64,000 bases of DNA. It comes from the human T2T-CHM13v2.0 reference genome, Homo sapiens. The notes beneath the pieces are model-generated. The model was not told the origin of the DNA and searched no databases. It saw nothing but the letters and a program-made list of their open reading frames with translations. The DNA lies in the NCBI RefSeq assembly GCF_009914755.1, contig NC_060925.1. One strand, given 5' to 3'. Shown here piece by piece: positions 27,093-41,139 of this stretch. A program made the translations under genes and the position numbers. Numbering within the stretch: position 1 is the stretch's first letter; the number at the start of each line of letters is the position of its first letter.

Positions 27093-28169
27093 TCCCTTAA
27101 TCCCCAGAACATCTAATGACTTCTGCCTGTTATTGGACTTCAAATAAATGGCATATAGAATGTGTTTTCTTTTGTGTCTGGTTTTGTTCTGGAAAGTGCT
27201 ATTACTTGACAAATTTCAAACGGCTGCAGAGGAAGGATTTACTTGAGGCGATATAACTTGAAATCTTGAAGCTTAAACCAATACACTAATGCTCTTGGCT
27301 GGAAAAAGGGATTAGAGTGCCATAAAAGAGAAAATGTGCCCATTTGTAAAATTTGGAAACATAGGTAGAAATAGGATTACAGAATGAGTTCAAAATAATA
27401 CATTTGATAAAAATGCATAGACAAAATTATAAAAAGTATGATACATACATATGTGTATATGATACATAAATATACACATTTTACATTCAGTTGCATAACT
27501 TCTGAGCATATGACTATTTTAATAAAAATTTTACATAAATTAAAAATAGCATTTATAGTTCTGCCTAGCTTATACCAGACAGAATGTCAAATCCAAGACT
27601 GACTGTCCAGTTCAAAATCAGACACGTGCTAATCTTGCTGAGAAAGTGTGTCAGTCAGGATCTAGCCAGGAATCAGAAACACACCCATAATTTGAATAGG
27701 AACAATTTAACAAGATGAGTTACTAATTGGCAAGAGGTGATGAGCTGCTAACAGAGTAACTTAAGTGAAAGAGAACTCAAGAACACAGGAATTGCAGCTG
27801 GAGTGTAAGTTCCACCAATCAGATCCATGCTCAGAAGATTTCAAATCAGAAGCAAGCTACTTAAGCAAGGACGCTCTGCACTTTGCTGCCAAAGGCTGAT
27901 GCACAGGAGTCTGGCTTTTGGAAGCATCCAGGGTGGCAGGAACAAGTTGCTGACACCGGGGTGTCACTACAAATAGTGTCAGTAGAAGTAAAGTCTGGAG
28001 ATGTGACAGCCATCGTCTGCATGAGGGAAAAGCCAAGAGAATCAATAAAATGCAGGACAAGTCACTGTTGAGCTGCTTAACCACGTACCGTTGTCTATGC
28101 TGATTCTCTGGGCAGTTTCATGCTCCTGGACTTCCCTGATCATTATCATCCCTACCCATATTTAATCTT

Positions 28170-28662
28170 TTTTTATGTGCCAGGTTTTTGTTTGTTTACA
28201 AAAAATCATCTTACTAGTTTTTCCAAGTACCAACTTTTACCTTTGTTAATTTTTCATATAGTACATTTGCTTTCTTATAATTGATTTCTGTTCTTTGTTA
28301 TCTAGCTGCTTCTACTTTCTTCTGTTTAATTTGCTATTCCTTTCTAGTTTCTTGCCACAGAAGCTTTGTTAAGTGATTTTCATCACTTCTTCCAGCATAG
28401 GCATTTGAAGCAATAATGTTCCTTGTAAGCAACATCCCACTAGTATTACTATACTGTATTTTCATTACCATTCAGTTAGAATTATTATCTACATTTTACT
28501 GTGATGTCTTCTTTAACACATGGATCATGTAGAAGTATGGTGCTTCATTTCCAAACATTATGAATTTTCTATTTCTCTTTCTGTTACTGATTTCTAGTAG
28601 GAGTCCACTTTTAGCAGAGAACATAGTATGATTTCAGTCTTTACAATTTGTGGCAACTTGGT
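28170..28662 (-). mobile_element. Old L1M fragment left of the CpG island
   Basis: T-rich antisense L1 ORF2 5'-region motifs (tgatttcagtcttt, ctgttactgatttctagt). Confidence 0.6.
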
Positions 28663-28729
28663 TTCCCCTTTACGGAGAGTAACAGAAAATCAAGAGACAC
28701 ACAAATATATCTGAAAACGAGAACAAAAT

Positions 28730-29685
28730 GCTGCTGGGTGGTGCGGGGCCGAGAGCAGAAATCCAGAACTGCTCACCGCAGTTCTCCCCCTGCATGAAGG
28801 CCTGAACCCCCTTGCAGAGGACACTCAGGTGGCTCCGGTCACCACCTGGGCCTTCAGAGGGGCATCTGGAGCCGCCCACAGAAAGGGGAGGGGCGAGTGG
28901 CTCCTTCCCGGGCTCGCGCCCTCTAATTTGGCGGCGTCTTCTGGGAAGGAGGTGGCTCCAGAGTGGGGGTCCCGCGGGCGCGCAGGGACTGGGGAGGCTC
29001 CGAGGGAGCAAGACATTTAAACCCGGGCGGTGGGGGGGCGGGCGGTGTCAGACGCCCAACGACCACCTCCCTCCCGGCCCGCGCCGAGCCCGGCCACACC
29101 CTCCCCGCGACACCCGCGAGCGCCCCCCAGGACTGGCGGCCCCGGGCCCCGCTCCCACCCACCCACCTACGCAGGGGGCGTCCTGCTCAGGCAATTCCTC
29201 CCGCGCGCCCCGTCGGGGACCGGGCGGGGACGGGAGAAGGAAAAGGGCCCCTGGCTCCGGGACCAGGGCTCCGGAGGGTGCCGGGCGGGGAGCGGAACAG
29301 GGAACGGGCTGGTGGCGGCCCCAAGCGGGAGGGACGGACCGACACGCGGCCCCCTGGCGGCCTTGCGACTCGCCGACCTGCGGAACCTCGTCGCCGCCCT
29401 CACAGCCCCGCGGCCACCGCCGACCCGGGCCGGTCCCCGGGACGTCGCGGGTGTTAAAGGGCGAGTCTACGCGGATGTCACGGTCGCCGCGAGCAAGGAC
29501 CGCGAGGTTGCGGCCCTGCTCCGAATCCCGGTTGCGCTGGCCACGCTCCTCCACGCGCGGGGCGGCCGCTCCGCCACCCGCACGGCGCCCCGCAGCTGCT
29601 CCGGCTGGGGATTCGCGGGGTGCAGCCGCCCGGGCCGCAGGAGGCTGATGTCAGCGTTCCGCCGTGACCGCGCCTGTTCTCCAGA
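28730..29685. promoter_or_regulatory. CpG island (orphan promoter-like)
   Basis: Very high GC and dense intact CpG; GC boxes (ggggcgggcgg); minus-strand donor-like gtaggt at 29170-29165. Confidence 0.9.
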
Positions 29686-29689
29686 TAAT

Positions 29690-30310
29690 TTTAAATCATT
29701 CCATTTTCTCCTCTGTTACCCTTTATAATATGTCAGCTCTCTCTAATAATCATATAATTATTGTTTGGTAATGACATGACACTTGAGATTTGCTTCCTCT
29801 CTTTTGGGTTGGTTTGTTTGTTTTAGAATTCCACTTTTCACTCTTTTAGTTATGTGTATAAATAAACATTTATTCATTCATGTCCATAATGTGTACATAG
29901 ATATATATAATTATTTTAATTTGATTGGTGGTTGCCCTACAGATTCAGTATTTATCCTTGACTTAATACTGTCGCTTAAACAAAAGTCCCACTTCTAGTG
30001 TAGCTTCGAGAAGCGATCCGGAATCTTCACTCATTGACTCCGTTTATCATCCTACTTCCCTTTTCACAATTATTTCCATGTTTTACCTCTACATGTTTCC
30101 ACCCTGCTAGCTATTATTATAATTGTTATTTTTTAAAAGTAGACGTTAATTCAGTGTGTATACGTATACATAGTATATACAAAATTTTGTGCTCCTCTTC
30201 ATTCCTTCCTACATTTCTGCACCCTCAACTATTAATTAAAAAAATCTTCACTTTGAAAAATTCCCTTTAATATTTCTCATATTGCAGATCTAGTGATGAA
30301 TTCTCTAGGA
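29690..30310 (-). mobile_element. Old L1M fragment right of the CpG island
   Basis: Antisense L1 motifs ggtggttgcccta...ttccctttaatatttct...gtgatgaattctct. Confidence 0.55.
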
Positions 30311-31242
30311 TTGTGGAACATAGATTTCCATAAACTGCTGGTTAGAAAACCTGGCCAAAAATTACCAAAAAAATGAGACTAAAGGGGAACGTTTTAGGCA
30401 ATCTAGGAAACTATTGGATAAGAATTTTGAATTAATGGGAATTTGACCACTTATCACATCACCCTGGTGTGGGCAACAATATTTTATCTGTATGTACAGA
30501 TGTCAAACATATTGGTCACAGCTTCTCTTATGATAACTAAATTAGCTTTTTCTAAGGCTTGATATCTTTAACTCTAATATAAATATTGATTTAGTTAGCT
30601 ATGTTGTTTGTAAGGTAATTGTAACGTAGTGCATGGCTTGCAGTGACTACACAATAAATATTTGCTGAATGGATGACCATGAAAAGGGTCTTTTACAAAT
30701 AACAATCACTAAATTGTGGATCTAAAGATAAATATAAGCATATGTCATCACTTGTCAGTTTCCCAAAGGCTGTTTGAAAAGAAAGCATACTTGATGAGCA
30801 GAGCAGCCAGCAGTCACCCGCATGCTGAGTAATGGTGAAATACACAGCATCAAACCAGATACTCTGGTGACACTGCAAAAGAGATCTCCAAGTACAACTT
30901 CAGACATGCAGGTTTTTATCATTTTACATTATCACAAAAGTCACACTCTTCTGATTCTGATGAAAAATTATATTAATATTGTGAATGTAGATGCCATTAT
31001 AAATTGCAGATCAAGCCTATGCAGACAAACAGAAATACCCTCATCTTGGTAAAGTCATATCTATGGAGAACACATTTTAGATTTAGAAAACTGGAATTAT
31101 CAAAGCTACTCTTCATTTGCCCCCGAAGTATGTTAAAAGGCAAGTGAATCATGTCAAGATACGTTTTCTCTCACTAAACTAGGTAAATTTTCAGAATTCA
31201 ACCCAGGGACCCATGAGCCCATGAGATCTTCGGCCTTCTTGG

Positions 31243-31551
31243 TTTTTTTTGTTTGTTTGTTTTTTGTTTTTTTATGGATTTTGCTCTTGTTGCCCAGGCT
31301 GGAGTGCAATGGCGCCATCTCAGCCCACCACAACCTCCGCCTCCCAGATCAAGTGATTCTCCTGCCTCAGTCTCCCGAGTAGCTGGGACTACAGGCATGC
31401 ACCACCACGCCCAGCTAATTTTTGTATTTTTAGTAGAGACGGGGTTTCACCATGTTGGTCAGGCTGGCCTCGAACTCCTGACCTCGGGTGGTCCACCCAC
31501 GTCGGCCTCCCAAACTGCTGGGATTACAGGTGTGAGCCACCGCACCCAGCC
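31243..31551 (-). mobile_element. AluS
   Basis: Reverse Alu consensus. Confidence 0.92.
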
Positions 31552-31759
31552 AAGATCTGCTTTCTTTATGGTAAACAAATACGCAATGTGACTTCTGAGT
31601 ATGGAAAGTCATTAAACACAGACACATACTTATTACTGGGTCACAGAACAGTTTATAACTTCGTAGTTTTCCTTTTATTATGACTTTTTTCATTTGGTGC
31701 AAAAATAAGTGAGGAGTCAGATTTTTTTTCCCTAAAACCATTAACAAAATTAAACTTTA

Positions 31760-32143
<384 letters not shown>

Positions 32144-32164
32144 TCAGAATCAGGCATGAAATGC

Positions 32165-32990
32165 CCATATTTCATTGCGTCTGAGTCATCATCAACTGTA
32201 AGAACATTGCTTTATGTATCACTAAAAAAGAAACATTTATTCAATTGTACTATTACCCAATGTTTCTTTTTAAAAAAAAAACTATATTACAACAGTTTTA
32301 GGTTTACAGAACCTAATGCTTTTTAGTCATCAAAATCGTTACACATTTAGTGTATACACAGAGCTTTTGGAGTCTTTACACATGGATTTTAAAATATATA
32401 TCCCTCTTATGAATGTGTAAAGGAGAAAATACAAGCAAAATAAAAGGCTTAGGTATTTTCAAACCTTTTTGGTATTCAGTGTCCATCTTTTCACAGTCAG
32501 TGGTGTCCTTTTGGGTTTTCTAAATACTCAATGTTCTACAGAACCCTGGGAATGCAGCCGCTCTTAAAAGCGTGCCACAGTTTAGTTGCTGGAGTTTTCT
32601 TCTTGGATTATACTAAGTCTGCAAGTTTTACTACTGGGCCTGTCTTGATTTTATCAGATGTCAAAGATAATTTCAGACAACCAGAACATTGACTTCTTTC
32701 TGCAATTGTGTCCATAATTTGTTGACTCAGACATTAAGTGGTTGCCATCATCCAGACAGGTCCGCAGTAATAACAACCAAAGACACATATTCTCAGGCAA
32801 TGATAACCGCACCACGACTCCATGGAGACACCAGTGTTTTAAGATATTGTCAATTCCAGATATGTGTAAAAGTGTGAAAAACATGAGTCATAGAATTAAC
32901 TCAATGCAGTTATTCTTTTCTCATCACAAACAGCTCTTCCCCATCCCTTACGCAAAAGGGCTGAGAAGATACATAAATAAAACAATGCAA
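32165..32990. mobile_element. Probable TcMar (Kanga/Tc2-like) DNA transposon remnant
   Basis: ccatatttcattg...actgtaaga resembles the recalled Tc2-family terminal repeat. Confidence 0.35.
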
Positions 32991-32995
32991 CACAT

Positions 32996-33031
<36 letters not shown>

Positions 33032-33546
33032 GGAGGGAGAGATAGCTTTGATCTCAGGGAGAGAAGTTGTTTCAATCAACGTTTTCATACATTTGGAAAT
33101 CATAGAATTTTTATACACTAAAGGAAAACGTGTTGTTCCAAACTTTACCCCATACCACTCCTCCTGTTTAATATCTAGTTAGGGTCAAAGCCAGCACCAG
33201 GCACTCAGGGGCAGACAGGGCGGGGAAGGCAAGTCCTCCGAGTTAAGTTATAATTCAATTAACTTGATTTACTGGATGCCTACTATTTAAACGCACTGGC
33301 CTAGAATCTGGAGATACTGGGTGTAATAAGATCCTATTTATTTTCTGCAGGTAGGTGGAGGAATTGGTGACCATGAGCATTGGGGAAGACACACCCTCTC
33401 TCTGGGCCTTAGCTGCCTCACCTGCAAAATGCAAGGATGTGACCCACTGAATTCTATGGTTCCTACTGAACTAAAAATATTTGTAAAGGCAAACAAACAA
33501 GTAACAGAACGTTCCCATTCTAGCCATCCCTAGAAAGCAGATATAG

Positions 33547-33767
<221 letters not shown>

Positions 33768-33997
33768 TAATAAGATCATAAACAAAAGAAAGAAAAGAAA
33801 TAGGAAAGAAATATTCACATTGTTAAGATATTCTTTAATTGTATTAGGACATCGAACTTTTTTTGTTTATACCAAGTTCTCTTATTGCATGAAGGAGAAC
33901 AAATAAATCACACAATTGTGTAGTAACTTATCGGAAATAGGGAATCATTTTCTAAGTAAGATGGCATGAGACCCTTTTCTTCCCAACGTATCTGTAG

Positions 33998-35232
33998 ACA
34001 TTTGAATCCCCTATCCCTAATGCGGATGTTGGAATAGATTAGGTGGGGGCCTTCTTTGGCTCCTGTGGGCTCCTGGGCTCGGCATGCTGGGAGTGTCTTC
34101 TAACCGGAGTGTGGATGATACTGCAATCAAAGTCAAGTGTAGAACCAGCTGCAGGTGATGGCAGGTCGGCCAGAAATGGGAGATTCATTAGGGTATCCAA
34201 GGGTGTCAGAGGTGTCCTCGGAGACGTAGAGTGAAGAACCACCCAGTAGGACACAAGGGAGACCAAAGTAAGCAAGAGAAGTCAAAGCAGGGGGTGATTC
34301 TGGGAAATACCTGGGGCCAGGTAGGTCCAAGCTGGGGGTTGCTGTGGAAGGACAATCAGGTTTAAAGAGCCTGTCAGGTTATCAAGTAGTATGTTTATGG
34401 TGACCTCATATCTGAGCTGTTTTAAATGAGAGTCCCAATGTCAAATGCTCTTCTCCAACCTGTCAGATCTTGTGTCCCAAGTTCATTTGCTGGGTATTCT
34501 AAGGCACCTCTGCTTGGCCAGGTACTGGGCTAAGAAACTCTGGTATATGGTCAGAACCAAGGTGTAGAATTACTCCTCTCAAATTAATATCTTGTGAGGC
34601 TGACCAATGATTATGATAGAATACTGAGGGATGAACTGTAGAAGCTGGAGCATCTGGTGATTAAAGTAGTAATTTTGTCTTTTTCTTAAAATTGTTATGA
34701 CTACTTTTGTTATTATAACGTGATGTTCTTAGAATATAAAGGATTTTAGCAAACTTTTAGAGGGAAAGTGGAAACTCACTGCGTTGGAGATAGCAGACAA
34801 TGTATAATGGATTTTTGCTATGCTAACATGAGATTTCCCCTCTGGACAGACTTCCACTGAGACCTCCTGCCAATTTCCTTTATTTGGTCTTCCTTTATTT
34901 CATATTCTACTCTCTTATGAGGAAGACCCCTATTACCAAAAGATTCATATCACAAAGAAGGGGTTGCTGTGATTGGAAAGTGTCTCTAGTACATTACGTC
35001 CAATTGTCGAAAGATATTTTGTAGAGACAGAGGTTTGTAGAATGAATGGATGGAGAAGAGAGCGGCAGATCTGGACACAGGTCTGGGGTTAGACGCAATT
35101 GTCCATGGCTGCCTTTGTCTCAAGGTACATTTCCAGTCAGAGGATTATCTTATATTTGTTCCTTATAGGGAATTTTCATTAGCTTCCAAATGATAATAGA
35201 GATATAAAAAAAAGTTTATTGAAGACATTCTC
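33998..35232 (+). pseudogene. Decayed exon-like block of unidentified family (copy B, uninterrupted)
   Basis: Acceptor ccttttcttcccaacgtatctgtag; homologous to 1864-3946; multiple stops. Confidence 0.4.
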
Positions 35233-35546
35233 AGTCAGGTGCAGTGGCTCACACCTGTATGTAATCCCAGTGCTTTGGGAGGCTAAGTCTGGAGAATCAC
35301 TTGAGGCCAGGAGTTCAAGACCAGCCTGAGCAACATAGCAAGACTCTGTCTCTCCAAAAAATTTTAAAAGCTAGCTAGGTGTGGTGGTGCATACCTGTAG
35401 TCCTAGCTACTAGGGAGGCTAAGGGCAGGGGGCGGTGAAAGTTGCTCGAGCCCAGGAGTTTGAGGTTACAGTAGGCTATGATCATGCCATGCACTCCAGC
35501 CTGAGTGACAGAGCGAGACCCTGTATCAAAAAAACAGAAAAGAAAG
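35233..35546 (+). mobile_element. AluJ
   Basis: Diverged Alu consensus. Confidence 0.88.
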
Positions 35547-35639
35547 AGGAATTCCCTAAGGTCATGAACACATTCTGAAGAAGGCCAGCTTGGACAACTA
35601 TTGAAATGGGCAATATCATCGTCAAAAGCAGTCGCACAC

Positions 35640-35659
35640 ACACTGCCCTCTGGTGGCCA
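35640..35659 (-). promoter_or_regulatory. CTCF motif (copy B)
   Basis: Minus strand TGGCCACCAGAGGGCAGTG, a near-perfect consensus. Confidence 0.75.
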
Positions 35660-36103
35660 TATAGAAAATGGCATGAATGCTGCAGGGCTCCAAAACTTCG
35701 TCTCCAAAAGATCACATTAAAAGTGCGGTGTGTTGTTTTTTTTTTTTTTTAATAAATAAATAAAAATAAAAGGTGTCTTCTCAGGATTTTGATTAGATCG
35801 CAAACAAACTGTGTAAGATTCAGTGCTTTGGGGGTGCTTCCTAGTGGAAGTCTTTGTTTTGTCATTGCACGTTATGAAAAAATAAGTCTCTCCCCAGTAC
35901 ACCATTTCAGGGAGTATTAATTGAGCAGTTGAATGAGGCTTCGGATTCTAGGACAGAAAATGGAGACAAGGTTGCAGTCTCACAGCGTTAGCAGGGTGAG
36001 GGGTGGGACAGTGTTGAGAATAACTGGTTTACATCAAAGCTATGTACGTCTGGTTTAAAGATAATAGTAAACCAATCAAAGTATATTGATGGAATCCTTC
36101 TGA

Positions 36104-36275
36104 TTTTATTTATTTATTTATTTATTTTGAGACGGAGCCTCACTCTGCTGCCCAGACTGGAGTGCAGTGGCACGATCTCAGCTCACCGCAACTTTCGCTG
36201 CCTGGGTTCAAGCTGTTCTCCTGCTTCAGCCTCCCGAGTAGCTGGGATTATAGGCGTGAGCCACCATGCCCGGCT
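36104..36275 (-). mobile_element. Internally deleted Alu
   Basis: Right arm fused to left-arm start at gctgggattataggcgtgagcc. Confidence 0.8.
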
Positions 36276-36513
36276 GATTTTATAAACAATAAAACATTTC
36301 AGAGAAATGAAAACTATCACTCAAAAGAGTTGTATACTTTCATCTAATTTAGATATAGAGATTTTTTTCAAAAACAGTGGGAGATCCTGTATTCCCAGTT
36401 ACTTTTGCACTTAGTATGAGCACTTATTCGTGCCATTTAATGTTTTTGAAAATCTGACTTTAATTGCCGTCTAGCGTTCCTTACCATAACTTGTACATAA
36501 ATTACATGCTTCT

Positions 36514-36811
<298 letters not shown>

Positions 36812-37106
36812 TTACATGCTTCTGTAGCTCCCCCTGCTGTCTCCCTCTACCAGCCAAATCTAGTTTCTCTACAAAAATGGAGCTCAGTTGCTGTCATCTT
36901 CAGGCAGCTTCCTATGCTGGAATAATTCACTAGCCTTCTAGCACTTTCACTTTATCCTTCTTAGGATAGCAAGCACTTCATACCACGTCTGATCTCCTTC
37001 TGCAGACTGGGAGCTTCTCTCAGGCTATGGTGCAGCTCTCTGTCCAGCTGTTAGCTCAGGGCCTAGCATACAGTAGACACTCAACAAACATTTGAGAATC
37101 ACGTTT

Positions 37107-37405
37107 GGTCAGGCGTGGTGGCTCGTGCTTGTAATCCCAGAACTCTGGGAGGTCGAGTTGGTGGAGGGATTGCTTGAGCCCAGGAGCTGGGGGCCATCCT
37201 GGGCAACATGGTGAAATCCTATCTCTACAAAAAGTTAAGAAATTATCTGGGTGTGGTAGCACGTGCCTGTGGTCCCAGCTACTCAGGAGGCTAAGGTGGG
37301 AAGATCATTTAATCCTGGAAGGTCCAGGCTGCAGTTAGCCATGATTACATCACTATACTTCGGCCTGGGTAATAGAGCAAGACCCTGTCTTAAAACAAAA
37401 TAAAA
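37107..37405 (+). mobile_element. AluJ
   Basis: Diverged Alu; absent at the equivalent site in copy A. Confidence 0.88.
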
Positions 37406-37439
37406 TGAGAAACACAATTAATCCAAATGAGTTACTCAC

Positions 37440-37848
37440 AGTTGCAGAGAACTCTAGCTGTCCAGCAAAATCCATTCTCCCCTTCTCTGCACACACAGCT
37501 GTACCACATTTCCCAGACTCCCTTGTGTTATGTGTAGTCACGTGACCAGTTCTTGCCAAGGGAAGGGGAGTGGGACTTATGGGAGCCACTGCCAGTCCAG
37601 GCCCATAAAATCCCCCCACGGGTATTTCTCCATGCTTCTTCTCTTTCTTCTGCTGAATGCAGATGGGGTTGAAGTCCCAGGGATGGTGAAGGCACCAGGT
37701 GGAAGAATTCAGGGTTCCTCAGTGACCACAGGGAGAACTGCCTCCCCAAACTGAGTGCACAACCAGCAAAGCCAGGGGGCAGTGAAATACAGTGTTACAC
37801 CCCTGGAATATGAACGGTTATTTGGCTATTACCGTAATCTCACTAATA
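37440..37848 (+). mobile_element. MLT1J-like LTR (paralog of 8860-9719)
   Basis: gttgcagagaactctag...aaaatccattctccccttct...cactaata. Confidence 0.65.
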
Positions 37849-38006
37849 AACCTGCTTAAAAATTTCATTGTGGGATTAACTTACATAGTTATTATCTCTG
37901 TGTCACATTTAAAATGACAAAAGTCCATTTGGCCTTGCAAGTGCTGCCTTCCATTTGACTCTGCTATTCTGACCCTGCCACTACCTTAGAGAGATTCGAT
38001 CCCTCA

Positions 38007-38381
<375 letters not shown>

Positions 38382-38769
38382 TTAAAATTTTGTTGACAGC
38401 AAACTTCAGTAAGATATTTTAACTCACTGATTTTTTAACATACAGAAAGTAAACCAAAGTCGTTTACTCACTTTTATTTTTAATTTACTAAAATTTGATT
38501 TTTTATACTTTAGAAAACTGAAATTGTTATCAGGATCAATTAAGTTTTATGTAAGTCATTTGTCCACATAATTTACTGACTATATATTCTCTCTTTTTAA
38601 GTTTTTTTGGAATCATTCTTTCTACCTTTTCATGTGCCCGGGGTCAAATAATACATGTCAAAATGTTTTTTAAGTATTTTTTTCTTTCATCAGTTCTTTG
38701 TCAGTGATAAATTTTACCATGTGGAGTTTTCAACCATTATTAGTTGTATTTTGTGTGGACTGTTTTTGC

Positions 38770-38960
38770 TGTAATACTCACAATAGAGGTCAAGGTGTTC
38801 CGGGGGCCATGGTGAGGTCAAAGCATTCCACTTCGTTCATTTACAGAGCTTCAATTGTGACCCGGTTTAGGAACATGCTGCTTGCCCAAAATTCTCCACA
38901 ATCCTCCACCTCCGCTCTTCCATTTAGGATATAAAAGAGGGTTTTCTCAGACCTTCTGCC
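38770..38960 (+). promoter_or_regulatory. Candidate TATA promoter (copy B)
   Basis: ccatttaggaTATAAAAG at 38930-38937, paralogous to 12767. Confidence 0.5.
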
Positions 38961-40399
38961 AATGCGCAGACAGATGAAAGACGACACAGAGGTTCTCATC
39001 ATTCTGCTGAGGAACTGAAAGCGGGTTTCCCACTCCAATGTCTTAGTTTGGAATCACGGCTTTTGTCCCCTCTCCGAGAATGAATAATCACCAAGAAAAG
39101 AGAGGCCGTGGTAGGTGAAGGAATGCCCAATTCAGCCGAAAAGAAGTCAATCCCTCCTGCCTCCTTCAGCTTGGAGTTTAGGGTAGGGAGAGAGCTTTGT
39201 TCGTGTACACGCGGTTTTCATTCTTGTCTCTTTCTTCGAAACAGAGACTCAGTTTTATTAGGAAAACAATTTGCCAAACAAACTAAAAGGCTATTATTCC
39301 TAACTTCTCCTGCAGCTAAGAGGGACCAGACAAAGTTCAAGCTGATGAGCTGTGAGCAGAAGGACTGAGAGGGTCTTTGGGGAGGGTGCTTAGGTGGAAC
39401 TGACACAGCTGTGCGGCCCCTTTGTCCTTCTTTCCTCCTCCTTTCCCTCTGAAAAGCAGTCACCGTGGGCCCTGAGACAGCCTTCAGGATGGAAACCAGC
39501 TATGAAGATGCTGGGGCAGAAAGATTCATGCTGGCTGACTGCCTTGGGGGGCCATCCAGGAGCAGCAGGGAGCCCACCTCCAGAGCTCCTTTATTGGAGA
39601 AAGAAATAACTCTTTCTCTCTCTTCTCTGTGGTGCTGTTATTCTGGGTTTTCTGCTATGTGTAGGCAAAACTAATCCTAACCAAGATACCAGCTTTTCAT
39701 TGAATCTGTGTGTGAACTTGAACCAGACGATTTTTTCTCTGGAACTTATTTCCTCTACACAAGAGGCAGGGGTGTGGGTGCTTTGTGTAATTCTGAAGAT
39801 CCGGAGCTTTTTCCTGGCCCACATCCATGTTCACTTCTAATTGTTATAGTGCCTACATTACCATTTAGGGAACTAGCCACTCCCTGCAATTCCATATGGT
39901 TAAGTGAGGCTAATACCACTTTCTGGCTGCAGGGGACAGGACAGGTGGGAACAGATGTTGGAGGAACCATTGGTGCCTTGAGCATGTTCTGTGCAGGGGG
40001 TCTCCCGTGTTTGCCCTGTCTGCATCCCACGTGGGCCCCGTGTGTGTGAGCATTGACAGTAGGCACAGCTGCTCGGGAAAGGGTCCACCTGTGTCTTCCC
40101 CAGGAAGACAGTCCCAACTGGACCTTGATTCACCATCCTGCCTGACCATCCCCTGTGGAACTGTTAGCTCTCAGCATCCACACATACACACACACGCACA
40201 CGCACACGCACGCTGACATCACAGATGGAGACCATGGGGGTGGGGTAAGAGAAGTGTCGGTGGGAAGAGGAGACCTATAGGCTGCACACAGGAATTTAGG
40301 CATGAGCCAAGTTAGAGGTTTTCCCAGGGATGTCCCTTGGAGGGCAGGGTGGAAGGAGAGACTGGTCCTGTATGTGTTCTGCTCACCTGCCTCCCCCTG

Positions 40400-40591
40400 C
40401 ACCATCTCCTCCATGCTGGGCACCTGGATGGATCATTACTCCAGTGATTTCTATCAGCCCCCACAGTTGCCCCCTCTCGAGGTGCTGGGGCCTATCTGCA
40501 GCTCAACATGCCTGCCCGGACCTGCAGCACCGTGTCCACCTACTCCTGGCCCAGCTGGAGCACCCAGAGTCCACTGAGGCAGGGTCTGAGG
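40400..40591 (+). pseudogene. RALGDS-like REM (RasGEF N-terminal) domain exon remnant
   Basis: With two 1-bp deletions it reads TISSMLGTWMDHYSSDFYQPPQLPPLEVL-AYLQLNMP-PDLQHRVHLLLAQLEHPESTEAGSE, versus recalled RALGDS AISSILGTWLDQYSEDFCQPPDFPCLKQLVAYVQLNMPGSDLERRAHLLLAQLEHSEPIEAEPE; donor G|gtgagg at 40592. Confidence 0.88.
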
Positions 40592-41139
40592 GTGAGGAGG
40601 CCTGGAGGTAGGTGCAGGTGAGCGTGTAGGGAGGGGATAGGGCTGGACCACACAGAGCAGAGCTGCCAGAAGCTGGGGAGGGGACACAGCATTGATAAAC
40701 TCAACCCAATTATGTGGTAGACTGCAGTCTAGGAAGACGTCCTGGGAGTGGGACATTGACTGGGCATCTCTGAAAGGCAGAGGGAAGGTTTTGTCATTGG
40801 AAGGCACGTGGAATGTCAGTCATGTTGATGTTTACTCTGAAGTGGGGAGGGGAGCAGCCCGACCCCTGAGACCTGGCTGGACATCACTGTTGAGGTTGCA
40901 GCCAGATTTCTCAGCACGATGCTCTCCACACCTTCTGTACATCCTGGGGTTCCCTTACCTGCATCCCCTCCCTGAGTCCCCTCCCTGATTAGAAGACTGC
41001 AAATGACCCTGTGGGCTACTGTCTGCACACCCCCCTACCCAATGACCCTCCATAGATGTACAGAATTTCACTAACCCTGCCTCCCTACAGGCCCTGTGGA
41101 AGGCCTGGGTGCAGCCAGGGTCCCACCTTGGAATAGACA

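Noticed and set aside
28812-29728. Overlapping ORFs up to 278 aa in the CpG island
   Set aside because: Open in several frames because of GC content, non-ATG starts, low-complexity R/P/G/A composition and no recognisable domain.
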